Assembly: GCA_963795085.1 (NCBI GenBank)
Contig: CAWCFX010000002.1
Coordinates: 288,001-352,000, forward strand
Length of the DNA: 64,000 nucleotides
From: an uncultured Gemmatimonadales bacterium
GTDB lineage: Bacteria; Gemmatimonadota; Gemmatimonadetes; Gemmatimonadales; GWC2-71-9
Reading direction: 5' to 3'
In this document: in pieces, positions 52,736-64,000 of the stretch
Layout: each line of letters starts with the position of its first letter
Position numbering within the stretch: the first letter of the stretch is position 1
Notes under the pieces: model-generated
What the model saw: the letters and a program-made list of their open reading frames with translations, nothing else
Database searches by the model: none
Told to the model about the DNA's origin: nothing
Made by a program: the position numbers and the translations under genes

Positions 52736-53495
52736 ATGCCGCCTCTTTCCACACCCGCGATCATACTGGCCGCATTCCGGTATGGCGAGAGCAGCAAGAT
52801 CCTCCGTCTCGCCACTGAAGCGGCCGGGGTGCAGAGCGCCATCGCGAAAGGCGCGCTGCGGCCCCGGAGCCGGTTCGGTGCCGCCCTCCAGGTTCTCAGC
52901 GACGGCCACGCCCACCTCATCGTCCACGCCAACCGGGAGCTGCAACTGCTCACCGCGTTTGATCTGCAGCGGATCCGGGTCGGACTTGCCCGGGACATGG
53001 AGCGCTACGCGGCCGCCACCGCGCTGGCCGAGGTGATGCTGCGCTTCGCGCCCGGCGACGAGCATGCCGGGAGCTTCCAGGCGCTGCAGGGAGGGCTGAA
53101 TAGCCTGGAGTCGGCGCCGGCCGGTGAGGTCGAGGCCGAGGGAATCAGCGTCATGTGGCGCCTGGTCGGAGCCCTCGGATTCGAGCCCACCCTGCACGAG
53201 TGCGTGCGCTGCGGGGAGGAGTCGCCGGCGGGAGAGCTGCTCTTCGATGCGGCCGCCGGGGGCTCCGTGTGTGCCGGTTGCGGCCGCCAGGGCAGCCCCG
53301 CGCGGCTGAATGCCGAGGACCGGGGCGGCCTGCTGGCGCTGATCCAGCCGGGAGGGACGGCGCCCCCCGCTTTCGGCCCGGCAAGGCGCCGCCCACCGGC
53401 GCCTTCTCGCCCGGTACATTCAGTATCATCTTGGCGAAGGCGCCGCGCTGCCGGCGCTGGATTTCTGGATTCGGCGCCCCTGGGATGCCGCGTGA
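52736..53495 (+). CDS. recO: DNA repair protein RecO (frameshift at the C6 run 53363-53368)
   Basis: YGESSKIL, AKGA..P.SRFG and CxxC...CxxC zinc finger. The +1 frame continues PLSARQGAAHRRLLARYIQYHLGEG...LDFW...TGA, overlapping the selB GTG. Confidence 0.85.
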
Positions 53496-55369
53496 TCATC
53501 GGCACCGCCGGACACATCGATCACGGCAAGTCTGCCCTCGTCGAGGCGCTGACCGGGGCCCGGATGGACCGGCTCCGGGAGGAGCGGGAACGCGGGATCA
53601 CCATCGAGCTCAACTTCGCCCCCTTCGACCTGGGCGGCGGCCGGGTGGCCGGATTCGTTGACGTCCCCGGCCATGAAGACTTCGTGCGCACCATGGTGGC
53701 CGGCGCCTCCGGCATCGACCTCGTCCTCCTGGTCATCGCGGCCGACGAGGGCATCAAGCCGCAGACCCGCGAGCACCTGGCCATCGCCGAACAGTTGGGC
53801 ATCGCCTGCGGCATTCCGGTCCTGACCAAGGGGGACCTGGTGGACGCCGAATGGGCCGCGATGATGACGGAGGAGGTCACGGATTGGCTGCGCGCGTCGC
53901 CGCTCGATTTTGAGCCGGTTCACCTGGTCTCGGCCTCCGTGGGCACCGGCATCGCCGGGCTGGCGGACACCCTCCGGCGGGTAGCCGCCGTTATTCCAGA
54001 CCGGGATCCCTCCGACCTCTTCCGGCTTCCGGTGGACCGGGCGTTCTCCGTCGCGGGAATCGGGACGGTGGTGACCGGCACATCGTGGAGCGGGCAGGTC
54101 CGGCCAGGGGACCACGTCCTAATCATGCCGGCCCGGAAGCCGGCACGGGTTCGGTCCATCCAGATGCATGGCGGAGAGGCGGCGGCGGCGGTACCCGGGA
54201 TGCGGGTCGCGCTGGGGCTCTCGGGCGTAGCACGGGAAGAGATCCGGCGGGGTGATACCGTCGTCGCCTCGGGCTCTCCCTGGGAAGCCTCCCCTGCCTT
54301 CGATGTGCATCTCTCGATGCTGCCTTCGGCGCCCCGCCCCCTGGCTCCAAGGAGCCGCATACGGCTCCACCTGGGGACCGCCGAGATTCTCGCGCGCGCC
54401 TTTCCAGTGGGAGGGAAAATCGAGCCGGGCAAGTCGGGAATGGCCCGGCTGACCCTGGAGGCCCCCGGCATCGCCCGAAGCGGCGACCGGTTTGTGATCC
54501 GGAGCTACAGCCCGGTCATGACCATCGGGGGCGGCCGGGTGGTCGATCCGCTGCCGGCCCGGAAAACCACCGAATGGTCGGCGGGGCTGGCCGATCCCCG
54601 GCCGGATCCGAGGCTGGATGCGCTTCTGGAGCGGCGCACGCACGGCATCGCGGCCGCCCAGTTGCCGATCCTGCTCGGCCTCGCTCCCGGCCAGATCGAG
54701 GAACTCCTGAATCGGAAGGCCGGCGAATTGGCACCGGCCGGGGACCGCTGGATCCGCCGGGAGATGGTCGATGGCCTTGAGACAACGGCGGTGGCCGCCG
54801 TGACGGCCTTTCACCGGTCCCACCCCGAACAACCCGGGTTGCCGCTGGCGCTTCTCCGCCAGGAACTCCGCTCGCCGCCGTGGCTGGTGGAGGCGGCCCT
54901 GGCGCAGTTGGAGGGAAAGGGTTCCCTGCGAATCCACGAGGGAGTGGTTCAGCTTCCGGGGTTCACGTCCTCGGTTTCGGGCGGCAACGGAGCGGTGGAA
55001 AGGGTGGTAGCCCAGATCCGGAAATCCGGACTTACCCCCCCCACCGTCGGTGAACTACGGGGATCGCTCGGCGTGGATAACCTGGAAGCCGCGCTTAAGG
55101 TTGCCGTCCGAGAAGGCCGACTGGAGGGGGTCGAACGGGATCGCTTCTATTCCCGGGACGCCCTGAGCCAGTTCCTGGCGGTCATCGTCGAGCTCGGTGC
55201 CAAGGGGCCGATCACCCCGGGCCTCCTTCGCGACCGCCTGGGCATCAGCCGGAAGTATCTGATCCCCCTTCTCGAATGGGCCGACGCCCGGGGGCTGACG
55301 GTGCGCGAGGGCGAGGGGCGGCGGCTGCGGCCCGGATATCGGCTTCCCTGGAGTATTCCAGCCCCTTAA
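53492..55369 (+). CDS. selB: Selenocysteine-specific elongation factor
   Basis: GTAGHIDHGKS, EERERGITIEL, DVPGHE, TKGD; winged-helix GISRKYLIPLLEWAD. Confidence 0.93.
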   Translation: MIIGTAGHIDHGKSALVEALTGARMDRLREERERGITIELNFAPFDLGGGRVAGFVDVPGHEDFVRTMVAGASGIDLVLLVIAADEGIKPQTREHLAIAEQLGIACGIPVLTKGDLVDAEWAAMMTEEVTDWLRASPLDFEPVHLVSASVGTGIAGLADTLRRVAAVIPDRDPSDLFRLPVDRAFSVAGIGTVVTGTSWSGQVRPGDHVLIMPARKPARVRSIQMHGGEAAAAVPGMRVALGLSGVAREEIRRGDTVVASGSPWEASPAFDVHLSMLPSAPRPLAPRSRIRLHLGTAEILARAFPVGGKIEPGKSGMARLTLEAPGIARSGDRFVIRSYSPVMTIGGGRVVDPLPARKTTEWSAGLADPRPDPRLDALLERRTHGIAAAQLPILLGLAPGQIEELLNRKAGELAPAGDRWIRREMVDGLETTAVAAVTAFHRSHPEQPGLPLALLRQELRSPPWLVEAALAQLEGKGSLRIHEGVVQLPGFTSSVSGGNGAVERVVAQIRKSGLTPPTVGELRGSLGVDNLEAALKVAVREGRLEGVERDRFYSRDALSQFLAVIVELGAKGPITPGLLRDRLGISRKYLIPLLEWADARGLTVREGEGRRLRPGYRLPWSIPAP

Positions 55370-55443
55370 CTTCAAGATTCGCAAGGTATTCCCCTACGGA
55401 GGTTCCGCCATAGGACCTTGATCTCGTCAGATAAGGAGTCCGC

Positions 55444-55875
55444 ATGTTCCGGTTTGTCAGGCCGGGAATGTGGGTCGGGCTCCTCCTCGGGGTGACCGTG
55501 CCGGCGGCGGGGCAGGAGAATGGCCCGCCACCGATCGAACTCAAGGAGAACACGCCTAATCCATTCTTCCCGTCGACGGCGATGCCGTTCGACATCCACC
55601 AGGAGGTCTGCGCCGCGGGGCATCGACCGGTCGTTACCATGCACATCTACAACGTGCTGGTCCAGGTTGTCGCTATTCCTGTCCTGCAGAGTTCGCCCAG
55701 CGAGCGGCTGGAGAACGTTCGCTTGCGATGCGGTAGCCATATCGCATATTGGGACGGCAGGAACCGGGACGGCCGGGAGGTTGCCGATGGCGTCTATTAC
55801 TACCAGCTTCTCGTGGATGGGGAGCGGATCAGTACCAGGAAGATGATTGTGCGAAGGGAACCACGTGCCGAGTAA
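55444..55875 (+). CDS. Small exported protein, stand-alone FlgD-Ig/T9SS-CTD-like domain
   Basis: TAAGGAG RBS; signal peptide; NTPNPF...IYNVL...WDGRN..G..VADGVYYYQL...RKM. Confidence 0.7.
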   Translation: MFRFVRPGMWVGLLLGVTVPAAGQENGPPPIELKENTPNPFFPSTAMPFDIHQEVCAAGHRPVVTMHIYNVLVQVVAIPVLQSSPSERLENVRLRCGSHIAYWDGRNRDGREVADGVYYYQLLVDGERISTRKMIVRREPRAE

Positions 55876-55906
55876 CTTCGGTTTGGGTCGCCGCGAAGCG
55901 CCGGGG

Positions 55907-55941
55907 AGGGGGCGAGAACTGATCTCGCCCCCTTCTCATTT
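55907..55941 (+). terminator. Terminator-like hairpin
   Basis: AGGGGGCGAGA-actga-TCTCGCCCCCT followed by a pyrimidine tract. Confidence 0.55.
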
Positions 55942-56083
55942 CCCTTCTGCCCTCTGCCATTTAGGCGGGATTTCCGGGTATCAGGATTGCCTGTGATGGT
56001 GAAGCAGAGCATGTGAAGTGACCTGATGTAAGGCTTATAAGCCATTTGACAGCAGATATTTAAACAAAGTGGGCGTAATACAC

Positions 56084-58700
<2,617 letters not shown>

Positions 58701-58708
<8 letters not shown>

Positions 58709-59189
58709 GGGGAGTCCGTCCCCCGCGGACGTGGCCGGCATGGAAGCCGCGCTTCGGCTGGCGCGGGCGGGGGCGGTGCGGGAGGAAATCCCGGTCGGCG
58801 CCGCCGTGACGCTCGACGGCGGCGTCGTCGCGGAGGCGCATAACGAGACCATCATGCGCCAGGACCCTACCGCGCACGCGGAACTGCTGGCCATCCAGCG
58901 GGCTCTCCTGGCCACCGGGCTGGGCCGCCTCACCAACGCGACGCTCTACGTGACCCTGGAGCCGTGCGCCCAGTGTGCCGGCGCCATCGTGCTCGCCAAG
59001 GTTGGCCGGGTGGTGTTCGGCGCCCACGACGCCCGCGTCGGCATGGCCGGCTCGGTCCACGACCTGTTGCGGGATCCCCGGCAGAACTGGCGGCCGGAAG
59101 TCATCGGTGGCATGCTCGGCGAGGAATGCGCCGAAATGCTGAAGCATTTTTTCCAGGCCCGGCGCTGGGGCGGTGAGGACTGCCCCTGA
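58701..59189 (+). CDS. tadA: tRNA adenosine deaminase
   Basis: EIPVGA, DPTAHAE and TLEPCAQC. The start may be ATG 58740. Confidence 0.88.
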
Positions 59190-59216
59190 CGAGGGTCTCG
59201 TGACATAGGAGGACGT

Positions 59217-59630
59217 ATGACAATGTCGAAATGGTCCCTCGCCCTGGCACTGGCGCTGCCCCTCGCGGGTTGCTCGGCGGGTGGTGGTTCTCCCGCCGGC
59301 GCCAGCCCCGCCCCGGCAGCCGGCGAGGTGGTGACCCATACTTTTTCCGCCAGTCGCGGCGAGATCTTCCGGGTCTTCCTGGCCAGCGGTGTTACCTACG
59401 AGGCGGAAGTGGACGGCGGCGGCCTGCAGCTGCAGGTCCGGCCGGCCGACCAGGCGATTCAGCAGCCCCGGGTCGAGGAAAAGATGCCCGGGTCGAGCGC
59501 CGGAGGGTCTTCAATTTTCACTATCCAGCCCCGGGCGGACGGTGAGTATGAGTTCCGGACGCTGGGCGGCGACCCCGGTCGTCCGCTGACGCTCCGGCTC
59601 CGGATGCAGGCGCCCCGGGGGGAGGGGTAG
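59217..59630 (+). CDS. Hypothetical lipoprotein
   Basis: AGGAGG RBS; lipobox LAGC. Confidence 0.7.
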   Translation: MTMSKWSLALALALPLAGCSAGGGSPAGASPAPAAGEVVTHTFSASRGEIFRVFLASGVTYEAEVDGGGLQLQVRPADQAIQQPRVEEKMPGSSAGGSSIFTIQPRADGEYEFRTLGGDPGRPLTLRLRMQAPRGEG

Positions 59631-59767
59631 CTGACGCCCGCAACTTTCCCGCGGTAGCTTCCGTCCAAGAGGTGGGCCCGGCCAGGATGGCCGGGTTTCG
59701 CCCCTGGACCGGAAACCCCGGTAGCGCCGTCCCGTAGGACCTCTCACCACCTTCGGAGTTCAATCTC

Positions 59768-62140
59768 ATGCGTTTCATTGCGACAGCCGCCGCCTTGTTT
59801 GCCACGCTGGTCCCTGCCACGGTCGTCGAGGCCCAGGGGTTCGGATCGGCTGTGGCCGCCGGGCCCCGTGCGGTGCTGGTCGCGGAGCCGGTCAACCAGT
59901 ACGCTCCTGGCCAGGTCCATCTCTACCGGATGGACGGAAACCGGTGGCGCAAAGTGGCCGCGCTCTCCGCTCCCGACGGACATCCCATGGACCGTTTCGG
60001 GCGGAGCCTGTCCCTCGAAGGCAACCGCCTGCTGATCGGCGCGACCTCCATCGACGACAGCGGCCGCGGCGCCGGGTTCCTGTTCGAGCAGGACCGGGCC
60101 GGCGACTGGCAGCTGGTTACCAGTTTCACTCCGTCGGCGGCGGCCAGCAACGAGTCGTACGGACGCCTGGTTCGCCTGAATGGCGACGAGGCCTACGTGG
60201 TCGCCTACGGCGCCAGCCAGGGCCGGGGCAGCATCGCAACCTGGCGGCGAGGGTCCACTGGCCAGTGGACCGAGGGTCCCTCCATTGTTGCCTCGGATGC
60301 CAAGCCGGGGGCCTGGTTCGGGAGCAGCATGAGCATCGACGGCAACCGGATGGCGGTAGGCAGCGCCCAGCGGGACACCGCCCGGGGCGGGGTGTACATC
60401 TTCACCCGCGAGCGGGCCACCGCCCCCTGGGTTGAGCAGGCCACCTTCCGGCCTACCGGCCTTCCCGCGGGCGCGAGTTTTGGCGGGGGGGTACTGCTGT
60501 CCGGGGACGAATTGCTGGCGACCGCGCCGGGAGTGGATACCGGGCGGGGCGCCGTCTTCGTGTATCATCGCGATGCCGCGGGCCAGTGGGTGCAGAAAGC
60601 CCACTTTGAGCCGGCCGGCCTTCCGCGGGGGGCCCAGTTCGGTGCCCAGATCCTCATGGTTGGAACCGAGCTCTGGGTCGCAGCGCCCGGCGCCAATGAA
60701 ACCCGGGGGGCCATCTACCAGTATCGCCGGGGCGCCAATGGGGAATGGGTCGCGGCAGGGACCATCGAACCCGCCGGGAGCGAAGCGGGAGACTTCTTCG
60801 GGAGCACCATCGCCCTGGCCGGGGACCATGGAGTGGTCGGGCTGCCGAACGACGACTTCGGGGCCGGCACGGCGGCCTTTCTCACGCGGCAGGGCCGGGA
60901 ATGGGCGGTGGGAGAGAAAGTCTGGACCGAGCTCAAGACCATGACCGCCGTGACCGGGTCCAAGCAGGCCTGCGCCCAGGGCCGCATCGGCGTATTCGAG
61001 TGCCAGGATGTCAGCCTGCTTTCCTACCTGCCGGTGAAGGACATCGGCGGTGGCCGGGGCGTACGCCTCAACGACGTCTGGGGCTGGACCGATCCGACTA
61101 CCAACCGCGAGTACGCCCTGGTCGGGCGGATCGATGGCACCTCCTTCGTGGACGTGACCGATCCGCTCAATCCCCGCTACCTGGGGAACCTGCCCAAGAC
61201 GGATTCCTCACCGGCCAGCTCGTGGCGCGATATCAAAGTGTACCGTAACCATGCCTACATCGTGGCCGATGGCGCCCAGGCGCACGGCATGCAGGTTTTC
61301 GACCTGACCCGGCTCCGCAACCCGGCCGGCACGCCGGCCACGTTCCGCCCCGATACGACCTACCATCGCATCTTCAGCGCCCACAACATTGTTATTGATA
61401 CCGTGAGCGGGTTTGCCTTCGCGGTAGGAAGCAGCTCGGGCGGCGAGACCTGCGGCGGGGCGCTGCACATGATAGACATCCGGGAACCCAGGGTGCCCAA
61501 GTTCGCCGGCTGTTTCGGCGATCCCCAGACCGGCATCCAGCATACCGGGTACACGCATGATGCCCAGTGCCTGGTGTACCAGGGCCCCGACAGCGCTTAC
61601 CGGGGCCGCCAGATCTGCGTCAACTCCTCCGAGACCCATATCGGCGTCGCCGACGTGACCGACAAGACGAGCCCCAAGGCCATCTCCCGCGCCTCCTATC
61701 CCAACGTGGGCTACACCCACCAGGGCTGGTTCTCGGAGGACCAGCGCTATTTCTACGTGAACGACGAAGGCGACGAGGTGTCGGGAACGGTGCAGGGGAC
61801 CCGCACCCTCATCTGGGACATGACCGATCTGGACGACCCGGTGATCGCGGCCCAGTACATCTCCGATAACAAGTCCAGCGATCACAATCTCTACATCAAG
61901 GGCAACCTGATGTACCAGTCCAATTACAGCAGCGGGCTCCGGGTGCTGGACATCAGCGATCCGGTGAAGCCCCGGCTGGTCGCCCACCTGGACACCACCC
62001 CGACCGGGGAAGAAGACGGCCCCGGGTTTGACGGGTCGTGGAGTAACTATCCCTACTTCCAGAGCGGGACAATCCTGGTGACCAGCATCCAGGAGGGGCT
62101 GTTCATGGTCCAGGGACCGGTGCGGCCGGCGATTCCCTGA
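59768..62140 (+). CDS. Choice-of-anchor B family protein with N-terminal FG-GAP-like repeats
   Basis: Signal peptide; FG-s-G repeats; NDVWGWTDP...EYALVG, WRDIKVY, AHN, YTHDAQC, YTHQGW, DHN and GSWSNYPYF. Confidence 0.85.
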   Translation: MRFIATAAALFATLVPATVVEAQGFGSAVAAGPRAVLVAEPVNQYAPGQVHLYRMDGNRWRKVAALSAPDGHPMDRFGRSLSLEGNRLLIGATSIDDSGRGAGFLFEQDRAGDWQLVTSFTPSAAASNESYGRLVRLNGDEAYVVAYGASQGRGSIATWRRGSTGQWTEGPSIVASDAKPGAWFGSSMSIDGNRMAVGSAQRDTARGGVYIFTRERATAPWVEQATFRPTGLPAGASFGGGVLLSGDELLATAPGVDTGRGAVFVYHRDAAGQWVQKAHFEPAGLPRGAQFGAQILMVGTELWVAAPGANETRGAIYQYRRGANGEWVAAGTIEPAGSEAGDFFGSTIALAGDHGVVGLPNDDFGAGTAAFLTRQGREWAVGEKVWTELKTMTAVTGSKQACAQGRIGVFECQDVSLLSYLPVKDIGGGRGVRLNDVWGWTDPTTNREYALVGRIDGTSFVDVTDPLNPRYLGNLPKTDSSPASSWRDIKVYRNHAYIVADGAQAHGMQVFDLTRLRNPAGTPATFRPDTTYHRIFSAHNIVIDTVSGFAFAVGSSSGGETCGGALHMIDIREPRVPKFAGCFGDPQTGIQHTGYTHDAQCLVYQGPDSAYRGRQICVNSSETHIGVADVTDKTSPKAISRASYPNVGYTHQGWFSEDQRYFYVNDEGDEVSGTVQGTRTLIWDMTDLDDPVIAAQYISDNKSSDHNLYIKGNLMYQSNYSSGLRVLDISDPVKPRLVAHLDTTPTGEEDGPGFDGSWSNYPYFQSGTILVTSIQEGLFMVQGPVRPAIP

Positions 62141-62330
62141 CCGGCATCACCGGGCAGGTGCGGCCGGCGAGGTAACATCTGACAGAGCACGACAGGGCAC
62201 GAATGGAGCCGCGGGCGGCCTTCGTTCGTGCCTTTGTCATGGGCACAGGTACACCACCCCGCAGTCCCCGGCTAATCTTCAAGGACCCTGCACGACGAGG
62301 CCGCCCCCGCGTTCCCAAAGGACATCACGC

Positions 62331-63284
62331 ATGTCGCTTCTCACCGGCATCCACCACATCACCTGCATCGCCGGAGATCCCCAGGCGAACCTCGACTTCT
62401 ACACCGGCGTTCTGGGCATGCGGCTGGTGAAGAAGTCGGTCAACCAGGACGTGGTCAACACCTACCACCTCTTCTATGCCGACGGCGAGGCCAATCCCGG
62501 TACCGACCTCACGTTCTTTCCATGGCCGGATGCGCCTCCGGTGGTGCGGGGCAGCGGGCTGGCCGCCGAGATTTCGCTCGCCGTGCCGGCCGGGAGCCTG
62601 GAGTGGTGGAGTGAACGGTTGGCCCGCCACGGCATAGTGGCCGGCGCCGCCGAGGTGCGGCGCGGCGACCGGGCGCTGCCCTTCGCCGATCCGCATGGAC
62701 AGTCGCTTGCGCTGGTGGAGACCTCCGACCCCCGCCAGTTCACGCCGTGGGACAGGAGTCCGGTGCCGGCCGAGCGCCAGATGCGGGGACTGGATGCCGT
62801 ACGGCTGCTGGAGCGGGATATGCATCGAACCGCGGCGTTTCTCACTGACGTCCTCGGCTTCACCCCCCTGGGCGAGGAGCAGGGGTGGCACCGCTTCGGC
62901 CTGGGGGCGGGGGGATCCGGCGCGCGGCTCGAGATCCGGGCGGCGCCTGACGCCCGCCGCGGGCAGTGGGGGGTCGGGGCCATGCACCACGTGGCCTGGC
63001 GGGTGCCGGACGATGCGGCCGAGCTGGCTGTGCGGCAGGCGGTCGCCCGGGCGGGCTGGCGGCCCACCGAGGTGATAGACCGGTTCTGGTTCCGCTCGGT
63101 GTACTTCCGGGAACCCGGCGGGGTGCTGTTTGAGGTGGCGACGGACGGGCCCGGGTTTACCGTGGACGAAGAGCTGAGCACGTTAGGCGAGCGGCTGGTG
63201 CTCCCGCCGTGGCTGGAATCGGAGCGTAAAGCGATCGAGCAGGCGCTCCCGCCACTCGTTGCCCAAGTGCGTGTGGTGGATTAG
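62331..63284 (+). CDS. Ring-cleaving dioxygenase / glyoxalase (MhqO-like)
   Basis: GIHHIT, VKKSVNQD...YHLFY, HHVAW, DRFWFRSVYFREPGG.LFEVATD. Confidence 0.92.
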   Translation: MSLLTGIHHITCIAGDPQANLDFYTGVLGMRLVKKSVNQDVVNTYHLFYADGEANPGTDLTFFPWPDAPPVVRGSGLAAEISLAVPAGSLEWWSERLARHGIVAGAAEVRRGDRALPFADPHGQSLALVETSDPRQFTPWDRSPVPAERQMRGLDAVRLLERDMHRTAAFLTDVLGFTPLGEEQGWHRFGLGAGGSGARLEIRAAPDARRGQWGVGAMHHVAWRVPDDAAELAVRQAVARAGWRPTEVIDRFWFRSVYFREPGGVLFEVATDGPGFTVDEELSTLGERLVLPPWLESERKAIEQALPPLVAQVRVVD

Positions 63285-63294
63285 TTTACGGCTC

Positions 63295-63396
63295 GCACGC
63301 TGCACGCTGCACGCTGCACGCTGCACGCTGCACGCTGCACGCTGCACGCTGCACGCTGCACGCTGCACGCTGCACGCTGCACGCTGCACGCTGCAC
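63295..63396. repeat. Perfect heptamer microsatellite (GCACGCT)14 + GCAC
   Basis: Read directly from the sequence; 102 bp; ends 8 nt before the tRNA. Confidence 0.97.
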
Positions 63397-63404
63397 TTTC
63401 TTTT

Positions 63405-63491
63405 GGACAGGTGTCCGAGTGGCTGAAGGAACCGGTCTCGAAAACCGGCATACCCGCAAGGGTATCGAGGGTTCGAATCCCTCCCTGTCCG
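63405..63491 (+). tRNA. tRNA-Ser(CGA)
   Basis: Acceptor stem GGACAGG/CCTGTCC plus G discriminator; anticodon arm CCGGT-CTCGAAA-ACCGG; long variable arm; GGTTCGAATCC; CCA not encoded. Confidence 0.95.
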
Positions 63492-63528
63492 TTTCGTGGT
63501 GCTTCCCTCACCGGTTGCTGCCTCCCCG

Positions 63529-64000
63529 ATGACCCACGACGTTCCGCTGCTGAAGGACCTGCTGTTCCTCCTGCTCGTCTCGGTTCCCGTCGCCTACATC
63601 AGCCATCGTCTGCGACTCCCCACTATCGTGGGGTTTATCCTCGTGGGAATCATCTTCGGTCCCCACGGCATAGGCGCCGTCCAGGACGTGGAAGCGGTCA
63701 CCGTGCTGGCCGACATCGGGGTGGCGCTGCTGCTCTTCGTGATTGGCCTGGAGTTCTCGCTCCAGCGCCTGCTGACCATGCGGCGGCTGCTCTTTCTGGG
63801 CGGCGGGCTGCAGGTCGGGATCACGGTCGCGGTGGCGGCGGGAGTCGTGGTCCTGCTGGACCGGACTCTCCCCGAGGGCATCTTCGTCGGATTTCTGCTG
63901 GCGCTCTCCAGCACCGCCCTCGTCCTGCGAGGCTATGAGGAGCGGGCCGAGATGGAGGCGCCGCATGGGCGGGTCGGGCTGGGGATCCTGCTGTTCCAGG
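63529..64000 (+). CDS. CPA2 cation:proton antiporter (KefB/KefC-like), 3' truncated
   Basis: MTHDVPLLKDL...RLRLPTIVGFILVGIIFGP...ADIGVALLLFVIGLEFS...ALSSTA...GILLFQ; open to the window end. Confidence 0.88.
   Translation, partial: MTHDVPLLKDLLFLLLVSVPVAYISHRLRLPTIVGFILVGIIFGPHGIGAVQDVEAVTVLADIGVALLLFVIGLEFSLQRLLTMRRLLFLGGGLQVGITVAVAAGVVVLLDRTLPEGIFVGFLLALSSTALVLRGYEERAEMEAPHGRVGLGILLFQ

Noticed and set aside
53493..53560. Possible Sec readthrough of the recO TGA next to selB
   Set aside because: The downstream frame is not protein-like and I saw no convincing SECIS; GTGA is an ordinary stop/start overlap. No selenoprotein, selA or selC was recognised in the window.
63183..63511. Minus-strand ORFs with (QRAACSV)n repeats
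   Set aside because: These are translations of the heptamer microsatellite overlapping the tRNA or dioxygenase; there is no evidence they are coding.
63405..64000. tRNA-Ser as an integration site for an island
   Set aside because: No integrase or duplicated tRNA 3' end was seen within the window; the next gene is an ordinary antiporter.

Overview
A GC-rich, gene-dense bacterial chromosome segment, mostly on the + strand. Gene content and order look like Gemmatimonadota (inference, not verified). It is mainly housekeeping: asnS, mazG, alr-DUF1844-deoB-cdd, miaB-comFB-comEC-fbp, a split methylmalonyl-CoA mutase subunit, argS-pfkB-purM, ribD-ribE-ribBA-ribH-nusB, hpf-hprK plus a full mannose-family PTS, metK-ahcY, a cobalamin-riboswitch-controlled btuFCD-btuB-btuG-like operon, recO-selB, clpB, tadA, tRNA-Ser(CGA) and a partial CPA2 antiporter. 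Secreted proteins, lipoproteins and outer-membrane proteins are interspersed. I saw no CRISPR array, rRNA, transposase or integrase. The most notable observations are four. (1) A family of intergenic purine-arm/pyrimidine-arm inverted short-repeat arrays (about 7 or 14-15 bp period); two of them bracket an accessory SnoaL-like lipoprotein gene like a cassette. (2) recO is frameshifted at a CCC-C run, so the 0 frame reads into selB as an 877-aa fusion; this is either recoding or a homopolymer error. (3) The B12 uptake system is Bacteroidetes-like, with a BtuG-like lipoprotein. (4) Several genes look leaderless, and there is a decayed toxin-antitoxin antitoxin remnant. Product calls come from motif recognition only; no database searches were run.
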